Virus record (IMG/VR): IMGVR_UViG_3300035438_001811
Location: 5,633-69,632 of that record
Strand: one strand, 5' to 3'
DNA from: a virus
DNA: 64,000 nucleotides
The translations under genes and the position numbers were made by a program. Below the pieces are notes generated by a model, which saw only the letters and a program-made list of their open reading frames with translations, made no database searches and was not told the DNA's origin. Below are positions 49,749-61,474 of this stretch, piece by piece. Each line of letters starts with the position of its first letter. Within the stretch, counting starts at the first letter, position 1.

Positions 49749-51634
49749 CCCGTCAATTGTCGCAAAGTAGCGGCGCGATTGACATTAATCAAGCCATCTC
49801 ACGCGATGAAAATCTGCATTTTGATGGCTTAAACGACGAAGAATTTGACATTCCCTTCTAGCTACTAACCCACACTCACAGGCGGCGCAATGCCGCCTTG
49901 ATATTACAAAAACATGAAAGCATTATCATGCAACGATTAAACGGTATTGAGAGGGTGTAGACATGGAAGAAAAACCAAAAAAGCAATTCAAGCTCATCCG
50001 CACCATCCGCAAGGTAGAAGACGTAACCAAGCTGACAGCACGACTTGACGTACTACGTCTCATGATGGAACGCCATCAAAACAGCAATCCCGATTACGAT
50101 TATGCGATCGTAGACGAACAAGGCAACCCCGCAGAACTAGCCGATTTCCTGCAATCGGAGCTAGCTCATCCTGTGGCTAAGGCTAAGCGGGCGAAAGTGG
50201 AGAAAGCAGAACAGTACAAAAAGGAAGTAGTTAAGAGGTTGAGGCAATGTTGATAAAAGTATCCGTTACCGCCGCACACATCGCCGCCGCAAAGTACCCT
50301 AGTAAGTCACCATTAGCTCTTGCCCTGCGAGAGATGGGGTATACCGATACCCACGTCACTCAACATTTTGCATATATCGGCAACAAAGTTTATGCATTGC
50401 CAGAATCAGCGATCGCATCAGAGCGTTGTTTTGATTTCCTTACTAAAGGCGGATCATCGCAGGGTAAGATTGCTGAAAATATTTTTGCTTATGAATGCGA
50501 GTTGGTGGAGTTGGTTCAGTGAGTAAAAAAACATTTAGAGCTAGCTTTGCGGGTTCGCTACCCGCTTTAATTATGACTAAATCACGCAACATCGGACGAG
50601 GCGGCGCTCGTAAAGGAGCGGGGCGTAAGCCCAAATATACGGACTTACAAAAGTTTGTAGCGCTGTACAAATCATTTGGGATTGAGTGCATCGTGAATAA
50701 AGAAAAAGACAATAATTCTTTTATTGCCTTTGTAGGAGCAAATCCTAATCAAGACAATTGCTTTGATACAGTAAGCAGTAAATTTCGATCGGATACAATC
50801 CGCGATCCAAGCATGGAAGATCTTGCAGAAAGTCTTCCAGCTTATAGCCAAATACATTTTGATGCCGACGGCAAATTTATCCTTCAAGAGTTTCTAATTC
50901 CATAAAAATCAGCACCGCCCCATGACAAGCGATCGCTGACAACCCGAAAACTGCATTACCAACATTAAATCATGAAAAACATTATCATCGCATTCGCATT
51001 GTTCGCTATCCAATCCCCTGCAATCGCTGCAACAATTCTCACACCACCAGTAACGAGCGAACCATGCACGACTATTCAGCTACCCAGTGGCGGTACTATG
51101 TGCGCTCCTAAGCTTTCACAACGCCGTAATGCAGCGCCCAAAATGGTAAAACTTGGTGACACAATCAGAACTCAGTATGAGACCGACGCAAAACGCCTAT
51201 GCCACTCATGGGGCGGCACTCATCTGATCGCACTGCCAGACGAAGAAAAAGCATGGGATTGTTTCAAGGAGGCAAAATGATTGACCACACCCGCCTATAC
51301 GCCCTAACCGATGAAATGGGCTTTGATGCTAACAACCCAGCGTTAGACGCAAAAGCTCTTAGAGCTAGATTGAGGCATTATCGAAGCAGGATCAACCGTG
51401 AACTGGCGGCGATCGTTGTTGCTAATACTAGGATTGAGTAAAATAAAATCAACTTCACATTTCCCAGCCGTCGCACCCGTGACGGCTTTTTTGTGCGGAT
51501 TATCCGCAGCTAATTGCTGATTATCCACATCACACATAGAGAATTATCTATGCTTTGCGGAGTTGGGATTATGGATTTGATGTTATTTTGTGGTTTATAT
51601 ATCCTATAATCATATAAAGCTATAAAGGATTAAC

Positions 51635-51790
51635 ATGAAAAACGAAACTGAATGGCAGCAATTTAATGCTCGCATCCCCAAAGATTTGCATACTAACGCC
51701 AAGATTGCCTCTGCACTTTTAGGTAAGTCAATGGCTGATATGTTGGTTGAAGCTCTTGAGAAAGCGATCGCTGATGCAGGAGTTAAATAA
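51635..51790 (+). CDS. Arc/RHH-like small regulator (51 aa)
   Basis: QQFNARIPKDLH..AKIASALLGKSMADM..EAL. Confidence 0.65.
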   Translation: MKNETEWQQFNARIPKDLHTNAKIASALLGKSMADMLVEALEKAIADAGVK

Positions 51791-52780
51791 ATGAGTAAGA
51801 TGACTTGGTTTAAATTTCACTCTGAGTTTAGGAATGATCCTAAAATTAAACGACTCCCAATCACCGAGCGCTATGCATTTATTGTTTTGCTATGCCTTGC
51901 AAGTGAATCCGAAACACGAGGGATTATTACAGGGCTTGACGATGACGATATTGCATTTGAACTTGAGATGCAAGTTGAAGACTGGAAAACCCTCAAAGCA
52001 AAATTCAGGGTTAAAGGATTTCTGGATTTCACGCAAGAAGAAATTTTAATCCGAAATTGGGACAAAAGACAGTACGACAAACCGAGCGATCATCCTGAAG
52101 CAACAAAACAGCGCAAACGCTTACAGCGACAGCGTGAGAAGCTATCAAAGACTCAAGATGTCACGCCAATGTCACGCGATGTCACGCCAATGTCACGCGC
52201 TAGAGTAGATCAGAGTAGATCAGATCAGAGTAGATCAGATCAAGAAAAAGATGATTTTTTTTCGCATGATGATTCAGGTGAAGATTTAGAGGATTCAGAA
52301 AATTCATCCCCTGAACAAAAACCAGATCCCCTCTCGGATTTAAGTAAACCTGAAGATCCTAAGACCCCCCCCATAGCCCCCCCCGCGCCGCGAAATTATG
52401 CTCAAGAGATGACCGATCGCTTTAGTAACAAAACAAATCGGTTTGCCCCAAAGGGTTTAGACTTGCAAGGTTTTGCTAATTGGCATTTAGGCGGTAAGCG
52501 TAATAACTGGCATTTAGATTTGATTGCTGTTGCCAAAGTCCACCTTAAGAAACACGAAAAGCCCTTTGGTGATGGTGACGCAATTAATTTTATTAACGCA
52601 ATTTGCTTTAAAGAAGACTGGGCAAAATTTGAACTTTTTGCGGATCAAGCTACAGTCCGTCACCAAAAAGAACAATCCCAACAACATCGATCGCAACAGC
52701 AGCCTGCCCCGATCGCAGTGCAAGAACTAACCGCAACAGCCCCCCCCGCACACATTAGAGAGAGATTTAAGACAGCATGA
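51791..52780 (+). CDS. Phage replication initiator (replisome organizer / lambda O-like)
   Basis: WFKFH.EF.NDPKI, LLCLASE, I.NWDKRQ; internal repeats; precedes dnaB. Confidence 0.85.
   Translation: MSKMTWFKFHSEFRNDPKIKRLPITERYAFIVLLCLASESETRGIITGLDDDDIAFELEMQVEDWKTLKAKFRVKGFLDFTQEEILIRNWDKRQYDKPSDHPEATKQRKRLQRQREKLSKTQDVTPMSRDVTPMSRARVDQSRSDQSRSDQEKDDFFSHDDSGEDLEDSENSSPEQKPDPLSDLSKPEDPKTPPIAPPAPRNYAQEMTDRFSNKTNRFAPKGLDLQGFANWHLGGKRNNWHLDLIAVAKVHLKKHEKPFGDGDAINFINAICFKEDWAKFELFADQATVRHQKEQSQQHRSQQQPAPIAVQELTATAPPAHIRERFKTA
52157..52241 (+). repeat. Iteron-like repeats (4x ATGTCACGC; AGATC/AGAGT run), probable origin
   Basis: GATGTCACGCCAATGTCACGC twice, then AGAGTAGATC repeats, inside the initiator gene. 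Confidence 0.75.
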
Positions 52781-54132
52781 ACGATTTAAGTACGCCCGAT
52801 CTGCTATGTTCTAACGTTTCAGAAATCAACGTAATCGCTACTTTTTTGCAGGGTGAAGGCTGGTTACCCCCCCTCTCTGCTGTACTCATACCTGAGATGT
52901 TTTTCAACCACCTTCACGGCGCTATTTTTGGCATGGCTTTAAAATTGCATCAACAAGGTTGTCAAATAACACCCGAAATCGTCGCTCAAGAGCTAGAAAC
53001 TAAAAGCCAAATGAGTGGCGCTGCTATTTTTGATTATCGTGGCAAAATTTACGAGATCATGGAGAGCACATTGCCAACACCTAGTTGTTTGGAGTATGCC
53101 TATCTAATCCGAGATAAATATAAATCTCGCAAGTATCGCGACTTCTGCAAACAAGCGGCTGGACTATTTCAAGAATTGCCAATCGATGAAGCTAAAGAAA
53201 AGTTTGAATCAGGACTTGTAGAGCTATCCAAGATTAACTCTAGCGATCATACAGTCCCTCTCTCTAAACCGATGGCTGATGTGTTTACTGATTTAATGGA
53301 AGTCTACGATCGTAAGCAAGCGGGATTAATGCATGAGGTGCTTTTACCTACTGGCATACGAGACTTTGATGCTTTGATCGGCGGTGGTTTTGGTGAAGAG
53401 CAATTCATTACAATTCTTGCTGACACAGGGATCGGCAAAACTACCGTACTCAGAAAAATCATCAAAACGGCTGCTTCTTTGGGAGTTCCTACCCTTGAGT
53501 TTAGTATTGAAATGAGCGCAGAAAGTATGTCCCAAAAGATTTACTCAGACTTGGCTCAAATCCCTACAACCGCTTTGCGAAATGGCGCGATCCGTGATGA
53601 CCAATGGGAAAAACTAGCACAGGCTAGAGAATCTTATATTGATCTCCCTTCGCTGATTAACGACCAAGTTCGCAACATTGAAGATATTATTTCTATCTCA
53701 AGAAATTACTATGCAAAGTATGGAAAAATTGGCATTATTGCGATCGATTATTTGCAGTTAATCGAATCGACTAGGAAGGAGTTACAGTACGACGATCGCC
53801 GCCGATTTGTCTATGCTTGCAATGAATTGAACGCACTCAAGAAAGAGTTGAAAACTCGCATTATTTTACTATCGCAGATTGGGCGCAACGTAAAGGATAG
53901 AGCAGATAAGCGCCCAACTCTTCATGATGCTGCTGAATCTGGAAGGATTGAGCAAACGAGCGATATTTTGATATCAGCTTTTAGGGATGAACACTACAAT
54001 TCTGACAGTACAGACAAAGGGATTATGGAGCTATCAATACTAAAGGGGCGATCAGTCCCTAGAGGCACGGTTAAGGTTTTGTTTGATGGTCAATACTCAA
54101 CTATTCAGGATCTAAAATATGGATCTTTCTAA
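52777..54132 (+). CDS. dnaB: Replicative DNA helicase
   Basis: ADTGIGKT, FSIEMS, IDYLQL, LSQ..R, RP.L.D..ESG.IEQ.SD, K.R. Confidence 0.95.
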   Translation: MNDLSTPDLLCSNVSEINVIATFLQGEGWLPPLSAVLIPEMFFNHLHGAIFGMALKLHQQGCQITPEIVAQELETKSQMSGAAIFDYRGKIYEIMESTLPTPSCLEYAYLIRDKYKSRKYRDFCKQAAGLFQELPIDEAKEKFESGLVELSKINSSDHTVPLSKPMADVFTDLMEVYDRKQAGLMHEVLLPTGIRDFDALIGGGFGEEQFITILADTGIGKTTVLRKIIKTAASLGVPTLEFSIEMSAESMSQKIYSDLAQIPTTALRNGAIRDDQWEKLAQARESYIDLPSLINDQVRNIEDIISISRNYYAKYGKIGIIAIDYLQLIESTRKELQYDDRRRFVYACNELNALKKELKTRIILLSQIGRNVKDRADKRPTLHDAAESGRIEQTSDILISAFRDEHYNSDSTDKGIMELSILKGRSVPRGTVKVLFDGQYSTIQDLKYGSF

Positions 54133-54558
54133 ATTTGATACAGATTACACTCAATACATCACATCAGTAAAAACAGAATTGGAAGCGATCGCCGCTTACA
54201 TTGGCAAGGATGAAGCCCAAAAAATCTTGACAATAGCACTGCAAGAAATAGGCGAAATATCCCCGCCTGTAGTGACTACAACTGCCATGATTAAAGATCC
54301 TTACGACTATATTTTATTAGCTGGAAAGCTGGTAGAAAAGCGTAAAACCCTAGTAAATCAGCGCAAAGATTTAGACAACGAACTCAAAGAAAATCTAACT
54401 TTACTTGAAGCAAAACTAGGGGAAATACCAGTAAGAGAACGCCTTGCAGCTTGGCTTTCTAAATACAGGTTGAGAACTGGCTCTGAGGTTGAAACTGTTT
54501 CTCAAATTGCAGATATCTCAACCATTGAAAAATTAATTAGCTCTTTGAAATCTTTACT

Positions 54559-55719
54559 ATGAATAAATTACCCATTTGCATCCCCTCAATCCCCTCCCCC
54601 GACACCAGCCCTGAAATATGGCGACAAGTTGCGCCAATCTTAAGTGCGATCGCAGCGCATGAGCAAAGACGCAAGCTCAAAGACGATCGCGCTATTGCCA
54701 CTAATGCTCTGTTTGTTGCTCAGTATTTAGCGCTCAGAAATCAATGGTCGAGCCTCTGGAAGTCGTTATTAGATCGCAAAGTTTTACATATTGGAGATGC
54801 GCCAAAACTACAACCGCCAAAAGCTAGACCTGAACCAGAGTTAGAGGTAATTGCAGCTCCACCGCCAAAACCAAAAAGCGATTGCCCAACTAAGCCACCT
54901 AAGAATGTTGTAGCGAAAGCACCAAAAAAGAAAAAGCCCCGTAAACGAGTACGAGGTCAAAGATTAACCGATCGTAAATCACCAACGTATCTGTATACTT
55001 TTGCGTGCCTAAAGCCTTGCTTAAGTGGTTTGCTATCAGTAATCACCCTATACAGCTTTTTTGCCTACATCGCGCCGCTATGCCCTCGCGTAAAGATACC
55101 AATCGCGGATCGCCCTGATGGACAAAGGATTAAAGCTTTGCTGGCATATAAAACTAGGGGCGGTGAATATTCCAGCTTAAAAGTGTATTTGCCATCGCTC
55201 AAAAAGCGGTACAGAATGCACCCTGATGTGCAAAAGCTTCTACTGGATTGGAGTAATCCAAAGCGAACCCGCACCAGAAAAAAAATCGAATCAGATAAAA
55301 AGAAGGGAGTCGCTAAACGGATTATCTCAAAGGAGCAAATTAACTCAGTGCTTACCGATAAATGGCAAGATGCGGTAACGATTGCCTACAAATTGAACGA
55401 GCTGCTAGGTGAAAACATTGAGCTAAGGAGATTATCTAAACTGCTCTACAATCGTTCCGTATCAGGTGAAATCTATCGCTACAATCGCGATCATCATGAG
55501 ATTTCTTTCTTCTCAAAGGTACAGGCTACTGAATTTGAGAACGAATGGATGACGCTAGAGATGGCTTATCAGATTGCGATATCGCGAGGATGTCCATTTG
55601 CTAGGAATACATTTAGGAAGACGCATAAATTCGATTACAGCGCTTATGGGTTAGAGTTTCGCAAAGCCGCCCCTGATAACGAGTGCAGTCTACTGCGGTA
55701 TCGCGATATCCAGCTATAG
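54559..55719 (+). CDS. Basic hypothetical protein
   Basis: 386 aa, Pro/Lys-rich. Confidence 0.5.
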   Translation: MNKLPICIPSIPSPDTSPEIWRQVAPILSAIAAHEQRRKLKDDRAIATNALFVAQYLALRNQWSSLWKSLLDRKVLHIGDAPKLQPPKARPEPELEVIAAPPPKPKSDCPTKPPKNVVAKAPKKKKPRKRVRGQRLTDRKSPTYLYTFACLKPCLSGLLSVITLYSFFAYIAPLCPRVKIPIADRPDGQRIKALLAYKTRGGEYSSLKVYLPSLKKRYRMHPDVQKLLLDWSNPKRTRTRKKIESDKKKGVAKRIISKEQINSVLTDKWQDAVTIAYKLNELLGENIELRRLSKLLYNRSVSGEIYRYNRDHHEISFFSKVQATEFENEWMTLEMAYQIAISRGCPFARNTFRKTHKFDYSAYGLEFRKAAPDNECSLLRYRDIQL

Positions 55720-56045
55720 ATTTTAGTCTATGTTTTGTGCGGATGTTGTGGTGAATGATTATGATTAGGGTATTGTATTTAGTGTGAAACGTGTATATAC
55801 TGTATTAAATTATTTGGAGAGGTATGAGTAATTTATTTTTTTATGAGTATGAACTGCAACAAAAAAACAGCCCAACGAGCAGCAGCATAATCGTGAGTGG
55901 ACTAGTCAATCCCCCGATTATGAATCCTGGTGACGCGGAATACATACTACTACTACTAGCGATTGGGAGCGATATTGTCAACAGAAAAGGATATTCGCTA
56001 GACGAGTTTAATCAAGGTCGTTTGCTAAGTATTGTGAAGGTGTAA

Positions 56046-56327
56046 ATGATTGCAGAATACAAACCCCTAACCAAGTTTCGTGCTTCTCTAACCTCGCTAT
56101 GCCGTGCTGTACAAGCTGGTAAAAAAGAAGTGATCGTAACATTTCATCAGCAGCCTGTTTTTAAGGTCGTAAAGCTTAAAAATGATGAGATTGAGCCATC
56201 AATACCAGAGAGAAGTTTTGTCCAAATCGTTAGAAACCAATCTGAATTTCTAGACGCAATTGAACTGCATGACGTGGTTATTCTGACTGCGAGAAATAAA
56301 CGATTAGTAAGGTGTGAAAAGATATGA
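56046..56327 (+). CDS. Tandem Phd/YefM-like antitoxin-domain protein
   Basis: LTKFRASL..L...V.....VIVT....PVFKVV, then a second similar unit. Confidence 0.55.
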   Translation: MIAEYKPLTKFRASLTSLCRAVQAGKKEVIVTFHQQPVFKVVKLKNDEIEPSIPERSFVQIVRNQSEFLDAIELHDVVILTARNKRLVRCEKI

Positions 56328-57082
56328 ACGCGCAAATCAGGCAAGATGCGATCGCAGGTACAGAGCAAGCCATTGATAAGCTTGTAGAGTCTATAGGCGA
56401 TCGCATGGCGGTTCACGCAATTAGTAAAGCTGTTGTAAATCGCCAAATTAATCAGGATTTGGCGGCTTTCAGAATGTTAAAGGATGAATGGAAGGAGTTG
56501 AAGGGATTATGATTCAATTTGGCGACTCTAAAAACGATGAACTTAAGGGCGTAAACCTTTTACGCATTGAGATCGGTAGATTAACTTTAGCTATTTGGAG
56601 AGTTCCAGTTTATTCAAAGTTTGAGTTTTACAACGGTAAATACTGCTTCTCAATTCACTGGAGATATTTTTATTTTGGAGTTGACAAACAATATGGTGAT
56701 GAATGAACTATTTGACCGATTCTACTACCCCTACACCGATGAAGGAGACAGCGAGAGCAATCGCAGGGCGCTACAGTCTGCTTTTGAGGAAACAAACCTA
56801 GCTGGAACTTGGCAATTTATCTTGTATTTAGGGTTAGGTATTGAGTCCACAGTCTCTCAAGTATGGCTAACTGAAATAATGTTTTTGAATAATCCTGATA
56901 TACCGCTATGAGTGACTTACCAATTGAAAAGCAGCTAACGCATCACCAATTCTGCGAACAGATTGCAGATATACGCGATCGCAATGTGCTGATTGAGATG
57001 CTGAAGCAATTGCATGTCAAGTACTTGGCAGATCAGGCGGCTTTTGTGCGGATGGCTAAAGGTGAGTTTATAGGAGTAACAA

Positions 57083-57919
57083 ATGACAACGCAAACAAAG
57101 ATTAAACCATTGCAACCGTTCTTGAAGTGGTGTGGCGGCAAGCGTGAATTAGCTGCTTTGCTAGCAGAAATGTACGAGCCATTCCGTAGTACTCACACAT
57201 GGGTAGAGCCATTTTGTGGAGCATTGGGCGCTACGCTTGGGGTAATGCCTGAATATGCTTTACTGAATGATGTTAATCCGTATTTAATTAACTTGTATCG
57301 ACAAGTTAAAGGTAATTTCAATGGATTTGGAATCGATACAAATCTGCAATATGCCACATCCGAAAGCAGCTATTACAAATTAAGAGAACGATTTAATAAT
57401 TTGCGATCGATGACTCTTTACGCAGAAGTTCAGGCAGAGCTAGCCGAATTATTTTATTATCTCAACCGTGTAGGCTATCGGGGACTGTGCCGAACAAATA
57501 GCAGTGGTGGATTTAATGTACCTTTTGGGCATTACAAAAAGCCGATTCTTGATCATGATTTTACTGAGTACCAGAAAGCTTTTGGAACGTGGCAATTTTC
57601 AAGTTTTAGCTATACCGATTTTATCAAGGGCTTTCTTGAAGAGCTAATACCATATTGTTTCTTTTACGCCGATCCCCCCTACGATGACGGGTTTGTAGAT
57701 TATTCAGGCTCATTTACATGGGACGATCAAGTGGATTTAGCTAGCTCCTTAGCCGCGCTAAATTGCCCTGTAGTAGCAAGTAACAAGGCGACTGACAGGA
57801 TTATTGATTTGTATCAAGGTTTAGGCTTTGATGTGCAATTTATTGATATGCGCCGCCGTATTAGCTGCAATGGAGATCGCACTGATGCAAAAGAGATTTT
57901 AGCTACGAGGAATATATGA
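57083..57919 (+). CDS. dam: DNA adenine methyltransferase, Dam (D12) family
   Basis: PFLKWCGGK, EPFCG, LNDVN, YLNR.GY.GL.R.N..G.FNVPFG, DPPY. Confidence 0.95.
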   Translation: MTTQTKIKPLQPFLKWCGGKRELAALLAEMYEPFRSTHTWVEPFCGALGATLGVMPEYALLNDVNPYLINLYRQVKGNFNGFGIDTNLQYATSESSYYKLRERFNNLRSMTLYAEVQAELAELFYYLNRVGYRGLCRTNSSGGFNVPFGHYKKPILDHDFTEYQKAFGTWQFSSFSYTDFIKGFLEELIPYCFFYADPPYDDGFVDYSGSFTWDDQVDLASSLAALNCPVVASNKATDRIIDLYQGLGFDVQFIDMRRRISCNGDRTDAKEILATRNI

Positions 57920-58797
57920 AAACTCCCTGTTCTTATTATGGGGGCAAAAGTCGTATTGCCACCCAGATCGTCCCTCACATCATAGCGATACCTCACACCG
58001 TTTACGTTGAGCCTTTCTTTGGTGGCGGCGCTGTGTTATATGCCAAAGGCAAAATAGATCGCGGTAATAGTAACTATTACCGCGAAGCAATCAATGATCT
58101 AAATAAGCAATTAATCACGTTTTGGCGCGTGGCAAGAGAGCAGCCTGAAGAACTAGCGCGATGGATTGAACTTACGCCATACAGCCAAGAAGAGTATCGT
58201 GAGGCGCGAAAAATCTATAACAATCCATCTGAGTACAGCGATCTAAAAGTTGCTTGGGCTACTTATATTCAATGCAATATGAGTTTCAGTAGAAAGATTG
58301 AGGCGGGGTGGGCGGCAAGTGTAATCGGTAGAAATGAATCAGCAACATGGGTAAACCGCACTGCTAGGTTGCCAGAATGTTTTGAACGATTAAAAGATGT
58401 GCATATAGGCTGTGAAGATGCTCTTGACTTTATTAAGCGTTTCGACAGCAGCCACTCGCTTATCTATGCAGATCCTCCATATCCTGATACTGATCAAGGG
58501 CATTATGGCGGATATACCCTAGACGATTATCAAGCTCTATGCGATGTTCTTGACGCTTGCGAGTCTAGCTATGTACTGAGTAACTACCATCAAGATATCA
58601 CGCCCAAATCAGCGCAAAAGTGCGTAGGGATAGAAGCAGTCATGACTGCCGCAAACGGGCGTACATCGCGCAAAAATGCTGATGACTGCAAACGGATTGA
58701 GAAACTATGGATATGCGATCGCTCTAAAAATATCAGAGCAGACTTACAGGCGATCGCTAAGATGCCATCAAAACAAATTCAGTTAAGCTTTATTTAG
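57916..58797 (+). CDS. Second D12-class N6-adenine methyltransferase
   Basis: YYGGKS, YVEPFFGGG, EAINDL, YADPPY. Confidence 0.9.
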   Translation: MKTPCSYYGGKSRIATQIVPHIIAIPHTVYVEPFFGGGAVLYAKGKIDRGNSNYYREAINDLNKQLITFWRVAREQPEELARWIELTPYSQEEYREARKIYNNPSEYSDLKVAWATYIQCNMSFSRKIEAGWAASVIGRNESATWVNRTARLPECFERLKDVHIGCEDALDFIKRFDSSHSLIYADPPYPDTDQGHYGGYTLDDYQALCDVLDACESSYVLSNYHQDITPKSAQKCVGIEAVMTAANGRTSRKNADDCKRIEKLWICDRSKNIRADLQAIAKMPSKQIQLSFI

Positions 58798-59008
58798 CAA
58801 GCCAAAAGCATCAACGGTAAAGCGTAGTAAACAGGCGGCGCTACTGCTCTAATTGGATAAATGATCGGTGGTATTACCAACGGATTAGTATCACCTATTT
58901 AGCTACGTATCAGGCGGTGGCGCTGCACTAAATATTGCACAATTAAAGTTGGTTGATTGTTGCGCTGAATAATCTGCAATAGAGGCTCTGTGAATTTAAT
59001 TATTTGCG

Positions 59009-59374
59009 TCATGGCGTTGGTACTGAGTCAATTACAGGGATCTCAAGTTGCATTTTAAAATCAGGAGTGCCGCCCGCAATAAGTTGCAAAAAAACATGTC
59101 CCACCCATGTACCAGCCGTCATAGTTGCTGTTTGCACATCAGTAAACTCAAACGTTGCAAGCCCGTTAGATAATTTAGTAATCGTAGGAGCTAGGCTGAT
59201 AGCTGATGTAAATGAAGGGGCGATCGCAAAATAAACGTCGTACAAACTCAGGTTTAAATAGGTAGGGCTGGCTAGAGTACCCGTAGCAAATACGAGCGAA
59301 TCCTTCCAAGGGAACCCAATTAAAATAGGATTATTTGTAAATTTGTTTATTGGGAGAGGAGTACTACAAGGCAT
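59009..59374 (-). CDS. BppU-like virion protein (putative)
   Basis: Beta-rich 121 aa in the structural block. Confidence 0.4.
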   Translation of the reverse strand: MPCSTPLPINKFTNNPILIGFPWKDSLVFATGTLASPTYLNLSLYDVYFAIAPSFTSAISLAPTITKLSNGLATFEFTDVQTATMTAGTWVGHVFLQLIAGGTPDFKMQLEIPVIDSVPTP

Positions 59375-59439
59375 TTTATTAAATTTTTTTTTGGTTTGCT
59401 TTTTAGGTTGCTTAGTGGAGATCGTATTGATAGAAATAT

Positions 59440-59760
59440 TTAGATTATCTCGATCGCAACATCAAAAATTTTGCTAACATTTAAGCCTAACTCAGTTGAT
59501 AAGGAAATCACCAAAGGATAATCTTCCTTAATATCCGTAGCGTACTCCCATTCAATTTGGGCAGCGCGACCTAATGTGGGGATCGCAGCTTCTACACTAT
59601 CCAAAAGATTTAATTGCAGCAGTGCCAGTCGTAATCGCCTTGCGTCAATTGTGCGGATAGGCGCTGGTGATTGATTAGCCGCTATTGCGTTAATCTCGTT
59701 TTGAGTGAGCTGAATAGTTTTTAGCTCACCTGTACTTAAATCGTATTCAAGCCGTTCCAT
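59440..59760 (-). CDS. Tail-fibre assembly-like protein
   Basis: RRLRLALL..NLL..VEAAI......A.IEWEYA pattern typical downstream of fibre genes. Confidence 0.55.
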   Translation of the reverse strand: MERLEYDLSTGELKTIQLTQNEINAIAANQSPAPIRTIDARRLRLALLQLNLLDSVEAAIPTLGRAAQIEWEYATDIKEDYPLVISLSTELGLNVSKIFDVAIEII

Positions 59761-59765
59761 GATTT

Positions 59766-60299
59766 TTATTGGTAAAGAATATTAATTGAGCCAGCATCAA
59801 AAACATCACTACCTGCCACCGTAGTAATGCGAACTCTATCTAATGCCCCTGAGAGCGCAGGAGAAGAGCCACTGCTTACCCATCCTCCTGATGTTATATT
59901 CATGTAATTCAAATTAGAACTTGACACCCAGAGATTGCCGCTGACGAGATTTAGTAAAATCATCCCCGACTGGCTGTTTGCAGCTCCTCCCGTACTGCTG
60001 ACATCAAAGCCAGAGGTAACAACACCTGCTCCAGTCGCCCCAGTCCAGCGTTGAGAAACATAACCCGTATTTGTAATAGAGCCAGACCCTATTTGTATTA
60101 ATAAGGCAGATGACGCATTTGTTGACACACGATTAAACATTATTGTAATTTTATCAACCCAATTGGGAATTCCAGTAAAATCGATAGAAGTCCCTGAGGT
60201 ACTGTTTACCGCAGTTGCTAGGGTTAATGGCTGCGATAGTTTTGCAGGGGTAATAGAGCTATCAGGAATTACAAGCCCACCAAAGATTATTCCACTCAT
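59766..60299 (-). CDS. Fibre/virion protein
   Basis: STSGTSIDFTGIP.W...IT, LDRVRITTV.G.D.FDAGSINI.Y. Confidence 0.7.
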   Translation of the reverse strand: MSGIIFGGLVIPDSSITPAKLSQPLTLATAVNSTSGTSIDFTGIPNWVDKITIMFNRVSTNASSALLIQIGSGSITNTGYVSQRWTGATGAGVVTSGFDVSSTGGAANSQSGMILLNLVSGNLWVSSSNLNYMNITSGGWVSSGSSPALSGALDRVRITTVAGSDVFDAGSINILYQ

Positions 60300-61234
60300 T
60301 ACAAATACCCCACACTAGAAGTTACGTCAGCAGCAGTGCCCAGCGTTAAGGTTGCCTCAGTAGTACTGAAAGCCCACGATACGCCAGTACTACAAGTTCG
60401 ACCAGATGCACCCCAAAAGGTAGAATCAATTATCAGCGCCGAATTAGCGGCTACTGGAAATGATTCGACGGGGACATCGGTGTTTACAGGCGTAGTTGCT
60501 TTGTTGTGGATTTGGAAAAATCTCGTTGCTGCATTTTTGTTATAGCAATACACTTTGTAAACCGCCCCCGCGCTAGCCTTGAGCGTAGCAGCGTTAGCAG
60601 ATCCCAGATTAATAGGGCTATTGGTAAACGCAGGGATCGCCGCTGCGACCAAACTTGTTAGAGAAGCATTTCCAGTTGTTTGATTCGATGCTGTAGATAC
60701 ACCCGCAACGCTTACCTGTGAAGTATTTGCCGCCGCTCTTAAAGCTACTGTAGCTGTACCCGTGACGGCTGCAAGAGCGCTCAATCTGAACTTTGCATGA
60801 CCGATAACTTCAATCTGCCAAATCCCCACAGATGCGCTTGGAATAGTAACACTATTCGCACCTGTGACCATGTTTTTAAATACGGCATTTGCTGGAGTAA
60901 TCCAATTAGTCCCATCGGTGGTGATTTGTGCTGATAGAGCGCCTGTATAAGTTCCAGTTACTTGAATCGTAACTGTACCCTTACTATCAAGGTCTATAGA
61001 TACAGCGGAGCCAGCCGTTGCAACGCCAGCGGGAACTAGATTTTCAGTGGTAATTGTACCTGTTGCAGTCGTGTCAGCAACGCCACCAGAACCGCCGCCA
61101 CTGCTTAGTGATTGCTGTATGTCTAGCAAATCCTCTAACGGTTTTTTGCTAGCCGAAACTTCAGCTAAACTACCAGAGAAATTAGCTTGTATGTAAGCGT
61201 CTAAATTTGTTTGTAAATCAGTTTGTACTGTCAT
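60299..61234 (-). CDS. Fibre/spike-like virion protein
   Basis: Ala/Thr/Gly-rich, beta-rich C-terminus, structural block. Confidence 0.6.
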   Translation of the reverse strand: MTVQTDLQTNLDAYIQANFSGSLAEVSASKKPLEDLLDIQQSLSSGGGSGGVADTTATGTITTENLVPAGVATAGSAVSIDLDSKGTVTIQVTGTYTGALSAQITTDGTNWITPANAVFKNMVTGANSVTIPSASVGIWQIEVIGHAKFRLSALAAVTGTATVALRAAANTSQVSVAGVSTASNQTTGNASLTSLVAAAIPAFTNSPINLGSANAATLKASAGAVYKVYCYNKNAATRFFQIHNKATTPVNTDVPVESFPVAANSALIIDSTFWGASGRTCSTGVSWAFSTTEATLTLGTAADVTSSVGYL

Positions 61235-61474
61235 TTTTATTAAAATAGGCGACCTTGCGATCGCCTATTCCGTTTAGTTATTCAGGTTCTACAGGTGTAG
61301 ATTTTGCTTTTTTCTTTGGTGCGATCACTGCTGGTTCTTCAGTGGCGACAGGTGCTGTAAGATCGTAAATTTCGTATCCTTCAGATTGCCATGATTCCAA
61401 ATCAGAGAGGTACACATCTTTTACGATGTGGCTACCTTTAGCGACGGTGACGGGGTTTTGTGGGTAATTCATGA

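Noticed and set aside
52157-52241. Second CRISPR-like array
   Set aside because: Short tandem repeats without unique spacers inside the initiator gene; iteron-like.
59440-61234. Diversity-generating retroelement at fibre genes
   Set aside because: No reverse transcriptase or TR/VR pair visible.
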